Shown: piece after piece, positions 17,487-24,628 of the stretch
How the letters are laid out: every line of letters starts with the position of its first letter
Position numbering within the stretch: position 1 is the stretch's first letter
IMG/VR virus record: IMGVR_UViG_3300046832_002432
Span: 1 to 24,628 of that record
DNA length: 24,628 bases
Source: a virus
Taxonomy: Duplodnaviria; Caudoviricetes
Direction: 5' to 3' (one strand)
Notes under the pieces: generated by a model
The model's input: only the letters and a program-made list of their open reading frames with translations
What the model was told of the DNA's origin: nothing
Databases searched by the model: none
Made by a program: the position numbers and the translations under genes

Positions 17487-17714
17487 ATGACAAACGCCAA
17501 GCGGACAAACGATCGGTCCAGCCGGACCAGAAAGAAACCCGACGGCGCCGCGGCCGCGCTGCGCCAGCTGCGCGCGATCGGCCGACTATTGATCGCCCGC
17601 GGCGCGGCTTTGCCTGACGTCGACCTGGGCGACGAACTGGTATTCCTGGGCGGCCAGGCACTCGACCAGGCCGAGGCCGCCCTGGCCGCGCTGGCCGCGC
17701 GCGAGGCCACATAA
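17487..17714 (+). CDS. Hypothetical helical protein (75 aa)
   Basis: AAGGA RBS, ATG 17487, TAATG coupling to the next gene. Confidence 0.65.
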   Translation: MTNAKRTNDRSSRTRKKPDGAAAALRQLRAIGRLLIARGAALPDVDLGDELVFLGGQALDQAEAALAALAAREAT

Positions 17715-17944
17715 TGCGAACGCTTGGATTCTTTGCCGTCCTGCTGGCGGTCCCGGCCTTTCTGGTCGGCGTCAGTCTGGCGATCGCCGCCGATCCGACG
17801 GCCGGCCTTGTCATCCTGGCCGCAGCGAGCGGCCTGTTCTGGGCCGGCCTGCTGCTGCTGGCCGCCGGCCAGATCGTTGCCGCGATCGACACCGCCGCCG
17901 ACCGCATCGTCGCCGCCGTGCGCGCCGGGCCGCGGCCGAGCTGA
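17714..17944 (+). CDS. Small membrane protein with about 2 TM helices (76 aa)
   Basis: Two long hydrophobic runs; translationally coupled start. Confidence 0.7.
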   Translation: MRTLGFFAVLLAVPAFLVGVSLAIAADPTAGLVILAAASGLFWAGLLLLAAGQIVAAIDTAADRIVAAVRAGPRPS

Positions 17945-17958
17945 CGCGCTCCCGCGCC

Positions 17959-18015
17959 CGATCGGATAGTTAACTATCCGATCGCTTGACTCTGGATATT
18001 AGAATATGCGACCGT
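17959..18015 (+). promoter_or_regulatory. PL-like promoter with two operators
   Basis: Operators CGGATA-GTTAAC-TATCCG (17963-17980, inside a perfect 26-bp palindrome) and TGGATA-N6-TATGCG (17993-18010); TTGACT at 17986 with a weak -10 GACCGT. Confidence 0.7.
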
Positions 18016-18118
18016 CCGCGGCCGTCTCGATCCCGAGGTGGCCGGCGGCGGCGCCCGTATCCCTCACAAGGCAAGCCCGCGGGCGTCGCCGCCGTTCCCC
18101 CTTTTCCTGGTGGAACGC

Positions 18119-18385
18119 ATGCCCGACTCGATCACCCCGCCCGAACGCCGTTCGGCCCCGACGACCTTTTCGCGCGGCCTGCCCATTCTCTCGACTGAGC
18201 GGCTCACGTTCGCCGAGCGCGAGGCGACGCGCGACCTGGCCCGCGCGCTGCGCTTCGCCGCCGACATGGCCGACGACGCCCTCGCGGTCGGTCGCGTCGA
18301 CCACGCGCTGCAGGCCGGCCAGATCGCCGGCGAGATCGCCCAGGCCGCGGCGACGCTGACGGCCCGGCTCGGCTCCAACCGATGA
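18119..18385 (+). CDS. Hypothetical protein (88 aa), first gene of the PL-like operon
   Basis: ATG 18119 after GGTGGA; helical composition; ATGA coupling to the next gene. Confidence 0.6.
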   Translation: MPDSITPPERRSAPTTFSRGLPILSTERLTFAEREATRDLARALRFAADMADDALAVGRVDHALQAGQIAGEIAQAAATLTARLGSNR

Positions 18386-18597
18386 CGGCGGCGCCCTCGC
18401 CGATCGAGCGGGTCGCGCTGCTGCGCGACGCCGTCCGCATGGTCGCCGACCGGCTCGACCAGGCGACCAAAGATCCGGCGACCGCCGGCCCCCAGGTAGA
18501 GACCGCGCGCGACGCGCTCGACTACGCGCGCGAGGCAGCCGCCGAGCTGGCCCGCGCTTTTCCCGCGTCCCATCCACCAGCAGCCCGAAAGGCCTGA
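18382..18597 (+). CDS. Hypothetical protein (71 aa)
   Basis: ATGA-coupled; ends 2 nt before the ParB-like gene. Confidence 0.6.
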   Translation: MTAAPSPIERVALLRDAVRMVADRLDQATKDPATAGPQVETARDALDYAREAAAELARAFPASHPPAARKA

Positions 18598-18599
18598 CA

Positions 18600-20198
18600 A
18601 TGTCCACAACTCCCACGGCGCCAGAGGTCGGCGTCATTTCCCTGACGCGGCCCGCAACGGCCGCCCAGCTCGCGGCGTTCGCCGTGATCGACGGCATGGC
18701 GTCGATCCGCCTCGACGCGATCGAGCCCTCGCCGTTCAATCCGCGCAAGCAATTCGACGGGATCGACGATCTCGCGGCCTCGATCGAGGCGCAGGGCCTG
18801 CTCGAAAACCTGGTCATTCGCCGCGCGCCGGCCGGCAGCCGCAAGGATTACCAGCTGGTCGCCGGCGAGCGCCGGTTTCGCGCGCTGCAGAAACTCAAAC
18901 GCGACGTCGCGCCGTGCCGCATCATCGAGGCAGACGACGGCCAGGCACGCGCCGCCCAGATCGTCGAGAACCTGCAGCGCGCCGACATATCTCCCGCGGA
19001 AGAGGCGGAAGCCTTTGCCAAGCTGCAGGACCAGGATCCGAAAACCTGGACCGCCGCGGCGATCGGCCGGGCCGTCGGGAAAACCGATCGCTTCGTCGCG
19101 CAACGCCTGACGATCGCCCGCGGCCTGGCCGCGCCGCTGAAAAAGCGTTTCGCCGCCGGCGAGCTGAAAGTCGAGATCGCCCGCACGGTCGCCGCCCTGC
19201 CGGCGACGCTGCAGACCGAGATTGCAAAGGATCGCTGGGCGACGAACGACGCGGACCAGGCGAAACGCTGGATCGCCTCGCGCGTCGCCCCGGTCGCGGC
19301 GGCCGCTTTCGACGTCGCGCAATACCAGGGCGCGATGGTCGAGGAAGAGGGCAAGCGGTATTTCGCCGACGTCGGCGCCTTCGTCAAACTGCAGACCGCC
19401 GCGGCCGAGGCCCGCGTCGCTGAGCTGCGCGCCGACTGGCCGACCGCGAAACTGGTCGTGCGCCAGGATCTCGGCGACTGGCGCTGGGCCGACAGCAAGG
19501 AACGGCTTTCGCCCTACGGCGGCAGCGGCAAACGCGACAAGGGCGGCGCGGCCGGGAAATCAGACGTCCCGCGCGAAAAGCAGACCGCGATCGTCTGGAT
19601 CGACGGCAGCCAGGCGATCCGGACCGCGACCGGCGTGATCCCGGCGGCCGCCCATCGCGAGACGGTCGATCGCTTCGGCCAGGCGAAAGAAACCGCCGAC
19701 GCCCGCCGGCGCCGCCTCGCGCACGTCGCCGCGCTGCGCGACGCGATCGCAGGCAATCCCGACTTTGCCTTGCGCCTGACGATCGCCGCGCTGGCGAACG
19801 GCCGGTCGCGGCTCGGCTACGATTCGCAGGCCCGCAAGCATACGTTGCCGCGGCTGCCGGCATCGCTGCAGAAGATCGAGGCGGCGTCGATCGGCGAACG
19901 TGACGCCGGCGGCGCGATGGCCGAGGCGATGAAACTCGACCGCAAGGCGATCGAGGCCGCCCTGGCGGCCTATGCGTCGGAGATCGTCGACTGGTCGGCG
20001 CACGAAAAAAAGCCCGACGGCTTTGCGGCCGTCGTCGGCGATCGCCTAAAGGTCGCGCTGCCGCCGATCGTCAAGGCCGCGGCCGCAAAGGCAAAGGCCA
20101 AGGCCAAGGCCAAGGCGCCCGCCAAGGCCAAGGCGAAGGCGAAGGCCAAGGCCAAGGCCAAGGCGAAGGCGAAGGCGCCGCGGAAGGCCGCCAAATGA
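18600..20198 (+). CDS. ParB/RepB/Spo0J-family protein with Ala-Lys C-terminal tail (532 aa)
   Basis: PSPFNPRKQF, LAASIEAQGLLENLVIR, LVAGERRFRA (arginine patch), ENLQRADISPAEEAEAF, then an HTH. Confidence 0.88.
   Translation: MSTTPTAPEVGVISLTRPATAAQLAAFAVIDGMASIRLDAIEPSPFNPRKQFDGIDDLAASIEAQGLLENLVIRRAPAGSRKDYQLVAGERRFRALQKLKRDVAPCRIIEADDGQARAAQIVENLQRADISPAEEAEAFAKLQDQDPKTWTAAAIGRAVGKTDRFVAQRLTIARGLAAPLKKRFAAGELKVEIARTVAALPATLQTEIAKDRWATNDADQAKRWIASRVAPVAAAAFDVAQYQGAMVEEEGKRYFADVGAFVKLQTAAAEARVAELRADWPTAKLVVRQDLGDWRWADSKERLSPYGGSGKRDKGGAAGKSDVPREKQTAIVWIDGSQAIRTATGVIPAAAHRETVDRFGQAKETADARRRRLAHVAALRDAIAGNPDFALRLTIAALANGRSRLGYDSQARKHTLPRLPASLQKIEAASIGERDAGGAMAEAMKLDRKAIEAALAAYASEIVDWSAHEKKPDGFAAVVGDRLKVALPPIVKAAAAKAKAKAKAKAPAKAKAKAKAKAKAKAKAKAPRKAAK
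20085..20195 (+). repeat. GCNAAG hexamer array encoding (AK)n
   Basis: Read directly; encodes AKAKAKAKAKAPAKAKAK...APRKAAK. Confidence 0.9.
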
Positions 20199-20695
20199 GC
20201 GCGGCCGCCCCCGCTCCCGAGGCCGACCAGATCGTCGTCCTGCCGGCCGGCGAATCGCTGCCGCTCTGGCCGGGTCTGGCCGAGGCGATCAAGGTCGCCA
20301 GCATGCGGGCGTTCGGCGCGCCGACGCCCGACGCCTGGCAGCAGGCATTCGCCGCCAGCCTGGTCGCCGACCTGGCGGCGCGCCGCCTCGCCCTGGTGCC
20401 GCTGGGCGACGCCCGCACGAAAACGGCGGTCGACGCTTACGTTTACGGCCTCGCCCTCGATCGCCAGCACGCGGTCGAGCGGCTGCTGCACCAGGTCGCC
20501 GGGATCTTCGGCCCGGATCCCGAACGCCTCGACCTTTATGCCGAGATTGAGGCCTGCCTGGCCGCGCTGACAGGCCACGCCGCGCCGGCCGGCGCCCAGC
20601 GCCTCGGCGGCGTCGACGAACGGCTGCGCGAGCTGCGCCAGCTGCTGCTCGGCATCCCGGTCGACGTCCCGGCCGGCTGGATCGCCGAAACATGA
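20195..20695 (+). CDS. Hypothetical protein (166 aa)
   Basis: ATGA-coupled at both ends; protein-like composition. Confidence 0.65.
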   Translation: MSAAAPAPEADQIVVLPAGESLPLWPGLAEAIKVASMRAFGAPTPDAWQQAFAASLVADLAARRLALVPLGDARTKTAVDAYVYGLALDRQHAVERLLHQVAGIFGPDPERLDLYAEIEACLAALTGHAAPAGAQRLGGVDERLRELRQLLLGIPVDVPAGWIAET

Positions 20696-21051
20696 TCGGC
20701 GAGGCCTCGATTCTGGCGGTCGACCTTCCCTGGGCCGATCGCGAGCTGGACGATCTGCTGGCCGCGCTGCGCCGGCACGACGTCGGCGAGGCGGCGCGGC
20801 TGCTGCGCGCGATCCGCCCGGATCCGGCGGCCCTGCTGCCGCCGAATGCGCCCTGGCAAGCCTTCGCGATCGGCCGCGCCGGCCTCGACCTTCACACCTG
20901 GACGCGCGCCGAGGCCCTGCAGCATGTCGAGCAGGGCCGCCCCGAATATGCGCTCGCCCTGGTCGAGCGATATCGCCGCGAATTCGACGCCGACGACATG
21001 CGCGCGCGCAATCCCCAACAGCCGAGGCCCTGCCATGAAATTGATCGTTGA
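20692..21051 (+). CDS. Hypothetical protein (119 aa)
   Basis: ATGA-coupled start; short overlap with dnaN. Confidence 0.6.
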   Translation: MIGEASILAVDLPWADRELDDLLAALRRHDVGEAARLLRAIRPDPAALLPPNAPWQAFAIGRAGLDLHTWTRAEALQHVEQGRPEYALALVERYRREFDADDMRARNPQQPRPCHEIDR

Positions 21052-22144
21052 ACGCGACGCGCTGCTGCGCGCCCTCACTCTCGCCGCCCGCGTCGTCGCC
21101 CGCGCCGCGACGATCCCGATCCTCTCGCATGTCGCGATCCAGACCGCCGGCCGGCGCGCGACGCTGATCGCGACGAATCTCGACCGCTCGATCGTTGTCG
21201 CGCTGCCCGTCGTGAGCGCGACCGGCGCCGAGGCCGCGACGACGGCGCCGGCGGCCGGCCTTATGGCGTTCGCCAGGGCGACGGCGGCCGGCAGCCAGAT
21301 CACGATCGAGCAGGAAGAGGGCGGCCCGCTGCTGCTGCGCGCCGGCCGCGCGCGGGCGTCGTTCCCGACGCTGCCGATCGAGGATTTCCCCAAGATCCCC
21401 CGCCACGACGACGCGGTCGCCGTTCGCATCGCCGGCGCCGAGCTGGCCGGCGCGATCGAGCGGGTCCGGCATGCGCAGTCGAGCGAAGAGACGCGCTACT
21501 ATCTAAACGGAATATATCTGGATCCCGTCGCCTCGCGCCTGGTCGCGACCGACGGCCACCGCCTCGCCTGGTCGGCCGTGTCGCTGACGCGGCCCGACGC
21601 CGGCGAGCTGGCCGGCATCATCATTCCGCGGCACGCGATCGCCGACCTGGCGGCCCTGGCGGCCGAGGCCGGCGACGACCGGGTCGAGCTGGAAATTTCG
21701 CCGACCAGCCTGCGGCTTGAGGTCGACGGCGTCGAGCTGCAGACGAAACTGGTCGACGGCACGTTCCCCGATTATCAGCGCGTCATCCCGACCGAGAACG
21801 TCTGCCGGTTCCGCGTCGATCGCGCCGAGCTGGTCGCCAGCGCGGCCAGATGCACCGCCCTGACGAACGACGGGAACCGCGGGATTCGGTTGCACGTCGC
21901 CGACGGTACGGCGCAGCTGACGCACAAGTCGCCCGACGGCGGCGAGATCGACGACGCGATCGACGCCCAGCTCGAAACGCCGCCCGCGGAAACCGGCTTT
22001 AATGGCAAATATCTGGCCGGCACGCTCGACGCCCTCGACGGCGATACCGTCGAGATCGAATTCACGCCGGGCGGCCCGATCCTGCTGCGCGATCCCGCCG
22101 ATCGCGACGGCCAGCTGCAAGTCGTCATGGCGATGAGGATCTGA
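21035..22144 (+). CDS. dnaN: DNA polymerase III beta sliding clamp, phage-encoded (369 aa)
   Basis: Start reassigned to ATG 21035 (MKLIVERDALL). TIPILSHV, ATNLD, SSEETRYYLNGIYL, VATDGHRLA, KLVDGTFPDYQRVIP, GFNGKYL, VVMAMRI. Confidence 0.95.
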   Translation: MKLIVERDALLRALTLAARVVARAATIPILSHVAIQTAGRRATLIATNLDRSIVVALPVVSATGAEAATTAPAAGLMAFARATAAGSQITIEQEEGGPLLLRAGRARASFPTLPIEDFPKIPRHDDAVAVRIAGAELAGAIERVRHAQSSEETRYYLNGIYLDPVASRLVATDGHRLAWSAVSLTRPDAGELAGIIIPRHAIADLAALAAEAGDDRVELEISPTSLRLEVDGVELQTKLVDGTFPDYQRVIPTENVCRFRVDRAELVASAARCTALTNDGNRGIRLHVADGTAQLTHKSPDGGEIDDAIDAQLETPPAETGFNGKYLAGTLDALDGDTVEIEFTPGGPILLRDPADRDGQLQVVMAMRI

Positions 22145-22146
22145 CG

Positions 22147-22344
22147 ATGGTTTTCGCAGGCCTCGCCCTCATGTTCGCCGGCATGGCCGCCGGCGCCCTC
22201 TGGATCATCCTCGCCGCGGTCGACGGGACCGGCCCCTGGCAAAACCGCGCGGAATCGGCGGCGGCGCGCAGCGCGGTCGGCGTGACGGCGATCGTCCTGC
22301 TCGCGGCCGGAACGACGATCGCAGCCCTGGCGGCCGTGCGATGA
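22147..22344 (+). CDS. Small membrane protein (65 aa, 2 TM)
   Basis: Two hydrophobic segments; tight operon packing. Confidence 0.6.
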   Translation: MVFAGLALMFAGMAAGALWIILAAVDGTGPWQNRAESAAARSAVGVTAIVLLAAGTTIAALAAVR

Positions 22345-22691
22345 AACGCAAGGTCGCGCACGTTCCGCGCCCAGGCTTGTCGCCATTGAACGGCGCGACA
22401 GCGTCGCTTTTCATTATCGACGATCCCGCCGCCCCGCACCGGCTTGTCACGATCGAGCCGCCGCCCGGCTGGGAATCGCTGCCGGCGCGCTATGGCGAGG
22501 ACGGCGAGGCCTTCGGCCGCAATTATGCGCGGTATGCCCACACCGGCTGCCCTGGCGTCAGTTTCGAGGACGTCTGCGCCCATCCCCACGATTGCGCCGT
22601 TCGCGGCGTCTGCCGGGCGGTTTATGAAGAGAACGGCGCCCAGCGCGCCGCCCGCCTGGCGCGCGAGATCGACCAGGCCCTCGACGACTGA
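22341..22691 (+). CDS. Hypothetical protein with Cys/His cluster (116 aa)
   Basis: ATGA-coupled; HTGC-x8-CAHPHDC-x5-C. Confidence 0.6.
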   Translation: MKRKVAHVPRPGLSPLNGATASLFIIDDPAAPHRLVTIEPPPGWESLPARYGEDGEAFGRNYARYAHTGCPGVSFEDVCAHPHDCAVRGVCRAVYEENGAQRAARLAREIDQALDD

Positions 22692-22693
22692 CC

Positions 22694-23011
22694 ATGCTGC
22701 GCGCCGCCCAGCTCCCCGCCGACGACGTCGGCGACGCCGTGACGGTCGCCCAGGCCGCGCGGCTGCTCGGCTGCGATCCCTCGACCGTGCGCCGGCTGCT
22801 GTGCCAGGGCCGCCTCTCCGGACACCGGATCGGCCTCGGCGATCGACCGAACGGCGTTCGCGTTCACGTCGCCTCGATCGAGGCCTGGCGCCGCCGGCAC
22901 GCGATCGGCGCCGAGCCGGTCGAGACGGCCCCGCGATCGCCGCGCCGCCGCGCCGGCGCCGCGCACGCCGAGGCGATCGCCCAGCTGCGCGCCCTCGGCG
23001 TCGCCGTCTGA
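22694..23011 (+). CDS. xis: Excisionase / recombination directionality factor (HTH_17-like)
   Basis: VTVAQAARLLGCDPSTVRRLLCQGRLSGHRIG...VRVHVASIEAW; directly upstream of the integrase. Confidence 0.78.
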   Translation: MLRAAQLPADDVGDAVTVAQAARLLGCDPSTVRRLLCQGRLSGHRIGLGDRPNGVRVHVASIEAWRRRHAIGAEPVETAPRSPRRRAGAAHAEAIAQLRALGVAV

Positions 23012-23050
23012 CGCTGGACGCCGGCCGGCGGGCCGGTCTAGCGTCCCGGC

Positions 23051-24271
23051 GTGTCAGTTTTTCAGAACCAACAGCGCGGCGGCGTCTGGTCTTTTGACTT
23101 CGTCCTGGCCGGGAAACGGTATCGCGGCGCCTGCGTCGACCGGCAGACCGGCCGGCGCGCGGCGAACCGGACCGAGGCCCGCCAGCTCGAAATCGTCGAG
23201 AAAGCGGCCGCCCGCCAGGCGCAGGCCCTCGACCGCAGCGCCGCGCGCGGCGATTCCTACACGATCGCGCAGGCCGCCGCGGCCTGGCTGAGCCGCAAGG
23301 CCGGCCGGACGGCCAGCCATGTCGACAACGTCCGCTTATACGTCGCCGAGATCCTGGCATTCTTCGGCCCGGCGACGCCGATCGGCGAGATCCGCGACGA
23401 CCAGGTCGAGGCCTATCGCCGGCACGCGACGGCGCAGCCGCTCCGGGTCTGGGCCGGCGGCCGAGGCAAGCGGCCCGCCGCCGATCGGCCGGATCTCTGG
23501 CGATCGACCGATCGGATCCGATCGGCCCGAACCACGAACAACTATCTAAAGGCCTTACGCGCGATCTTTGCGCTCGCCGAGCGCGTGCGCGATCCGATCA
23601 CGCGCGCGCCGATCCTCGATCGCGCGATCGAGGTCCGGCTGCACAAGGTCGCGCGGCGCATGCCGGCGCCCATGGCCGACGCCGAGCTGGCCGCGCGGCT
23701 GGCGACGGCGCCGCCCTGGACGATCGAGGCGGCCGAGCTGGCGCGCCTGTTCGGCCTGCGCCAGCGCGAGGCCCTGCAGCTGCAGCGGCGGCACATTGAC
23801 AGCGACGCCAGGTGCATACGGTTCGCCGCCGGCGACACGAAATCAGGAAACCAGGAACGCGCCTTCGGCGGCGGCGCCGGCTGGCAGCTGCTGCGGCGGC
23901 TCGATCGGCAGGCCCAGGCGCGCGGCCAGGCGCACCTGGTCACATGGCCCGGCCCGTCGCACTGGCGCGCCTTCCTGGCCGGCGAGGCCGTGCCGACGTC
24001 GAGCTGGCGGCCCCTCGCCTCGATCCGCCGCAGCTGGCGCACGACGGCCGCGGCGGCCGGGATCGAGGCGCCGGCGCGGTTCCATGACGTCCGCGCGCGC
24101 TATATCACCGAGGTCGCGAAAGTGAGCCAGGCGGCGGCGAAAGACGCGGCCCGGCACCAGGACGCCGCGACGACCGATCTCTATATCCGCCTGGCCGATT
24201 CGGAGATCCGCGACGCCGTCGCCGCCGCCGTCGATCGCCGGCCCTCGACGCGCCGATCGGCGCGCAGCTGA
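23051..24271 (+). CDS. int: Tyrosine integrase (406 aa)
   Basis: N-terminal arm-binding-like WSFDFVLAGKRYRG; catalytic R (GLRQRE), K (TKSG), HxxR (FHDVR), H (ARHQD), Y (TTDLY). Confidence 0.93.
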   Translation: MSVFQNQQRGGVWSFDFVLAGKRYRGACVDRQTGRRAANRTEARQLEIVEKAAARQAQALDRSAARGDSYTIAQAAAAWLSRKAGRTASHVDNVRLYVAEILAFFGPATPIGEIRDDQVEAYRRHATAQPLRVWAGGRGKRPAADRPDLWRSTDRIRSARTTNNYLKALRAIFALAERVRDPITRAPILDRAIEVRLHKVARRMPAPMADAELAARLATAPPWTIEAAELARLFGLRQREALQLQRRHIDSDARCIRFAAGDTKSGNQERAFGGGAGWQLLRRLDRQAQARGQAHLVTWPGPSHWRAFLAGEAVPTSSWRPLASIRRSWRTTAAAAGIEAPARFHDVRARYITEVAKVSQAAAKDAARHQDAATTDLYIRLADSEIRDAVAAAVDRRPSTRRSARS

Positions 24272-24280
24272 GCCGCCGGC

Positions 24281-24474
24281 GTTGGGGAATTTGTTGGGGA
24301 GTCGGCGGCCGAAAGGCGCCCAAACTGGCCCAGGCGGCCCCGCGAAAAGCCAATAAAACCGGGCCTTGCCCGATAGGTCGGGCGATTAGGAAACCGCTGC
24401 TCTATCCGGCTGAGCTACGGGGACATATAGCTTTTAGGCGGCCCCTTGCCTTTGTTGGGGACTCTTGTTGGGGA
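24281..24474. other. attP-like site: two pairs of GTTGGGGA arm-type repeats flanking a tRNA fragment
   Basis: GTTGGGGA at 24281, 24293, 24454 and 24467, all in the same orientation, immediately after int. Confidence 0.75.
24386..24424 (-). tRNA. 5' half only of tRNA-Arg(CCU), 39 nt, ending at the anticodon loop
   Basis: GTCCCCG TA GCTC AGCCGGATA GAGC A GCGGT TTCCTAA gives the acceptor 5' strand, D-arm, anticodon 5' strand and loop. The expected ACCGC and T-arm are absent. Confidence 0.85.
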
Positions 24475-24506
24475 CTCGGAGGGCCTGCGGCCGCCCGGCC
24501 CGCGGC

Positions 24507-24535
24507 CTTATAGGCCGGATCGAGCGCAGAAAAAA
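24507..24535 (-). promoter_or_regulatory. Candidate stable-RNA-type promoter facing the tRNA fragment
   Basis: Minus strand TTTTTT-17-TATAAG followed by GC-rich GCCGCGGGCC; the -35 is poor. Confidence 0.4.
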
Positions 24536-24556
24536 GCGCGGCCGCCGCTTGACGAT

Positions 24557-24628
24557 GGCGCGGCCCTGTTCGGGTCGCGCTGGCAGAGCGAGATCGCCGA
24601 GGCCCTGGGCGTCGCCGATCGCACCGTG
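24557..24628 (+). CDS. Partial HTH-like reading frame (GAALFGSRWQSEIAEALGVADRTV...), start unclear, runs off the window
   Basis: Resembles small phage HTH proteins. No in-frame ATG; only distant TTG codons near 24446-24455. Confidence 0.4.

Larger units (their letters stand above)
1..24628. mobile_element. Temperate HK97-like siphovirus genome segment
   Basis: Contiguous head-tail, packaging, replication, immunity and integration modules. Confidence 0.95.

Noticed and set aside
24330-24424. Possible complete or intron-containing tRNA-Arg in place
   Set aside because: No anticodon 3' strand and no GTTCRA T-loop. The gap to int is too short for a group I intron, and the CGGGGCC near-match to the acceptor stem is probably chance.

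Overview
The window is most of a high-GC temperate siphovirus-like genome, probably from an alphaproteobacterial host (inferred from gene content and promoter style). Minus strand, in transcription order: cro-like gene, small ORF, CII-like regulator, HD hydrolase, wHTH protein, CHC2-zinc-finger/TOPRIM primase, short C5-methyltransferase-like gene, small ORF, P-loop helicase, a nested-palindrome candidate origin, putative late regulator, HNH nuclease, terminase small and large subunits, HK97-type portal, ClpP-type protease, major capsid, head-tail genes and a tail tube gene running off the left edge. Plus strand: a CI-like repressor whose S24 catalytic residues appear lost, a two-gene cassette with its own promoter, then an operon with a ParB-like protein carrying an Ala-Lys tail, a sliding clamp (dnaN), excisionase and tyrosine integrase. 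Main observations: (1) the att region has arm-type repeats on both sides and carries only the 5' half of a tRNA-Arg(CCU), plus a candidate promoter; (2) an apparently non-cleavable repressor with four matching operators in two pairs; (3) a symmetric iteron-like origin; (4) a put-like twin-hairpin leader. All product names come from motif recognition by eye. No searches were run.
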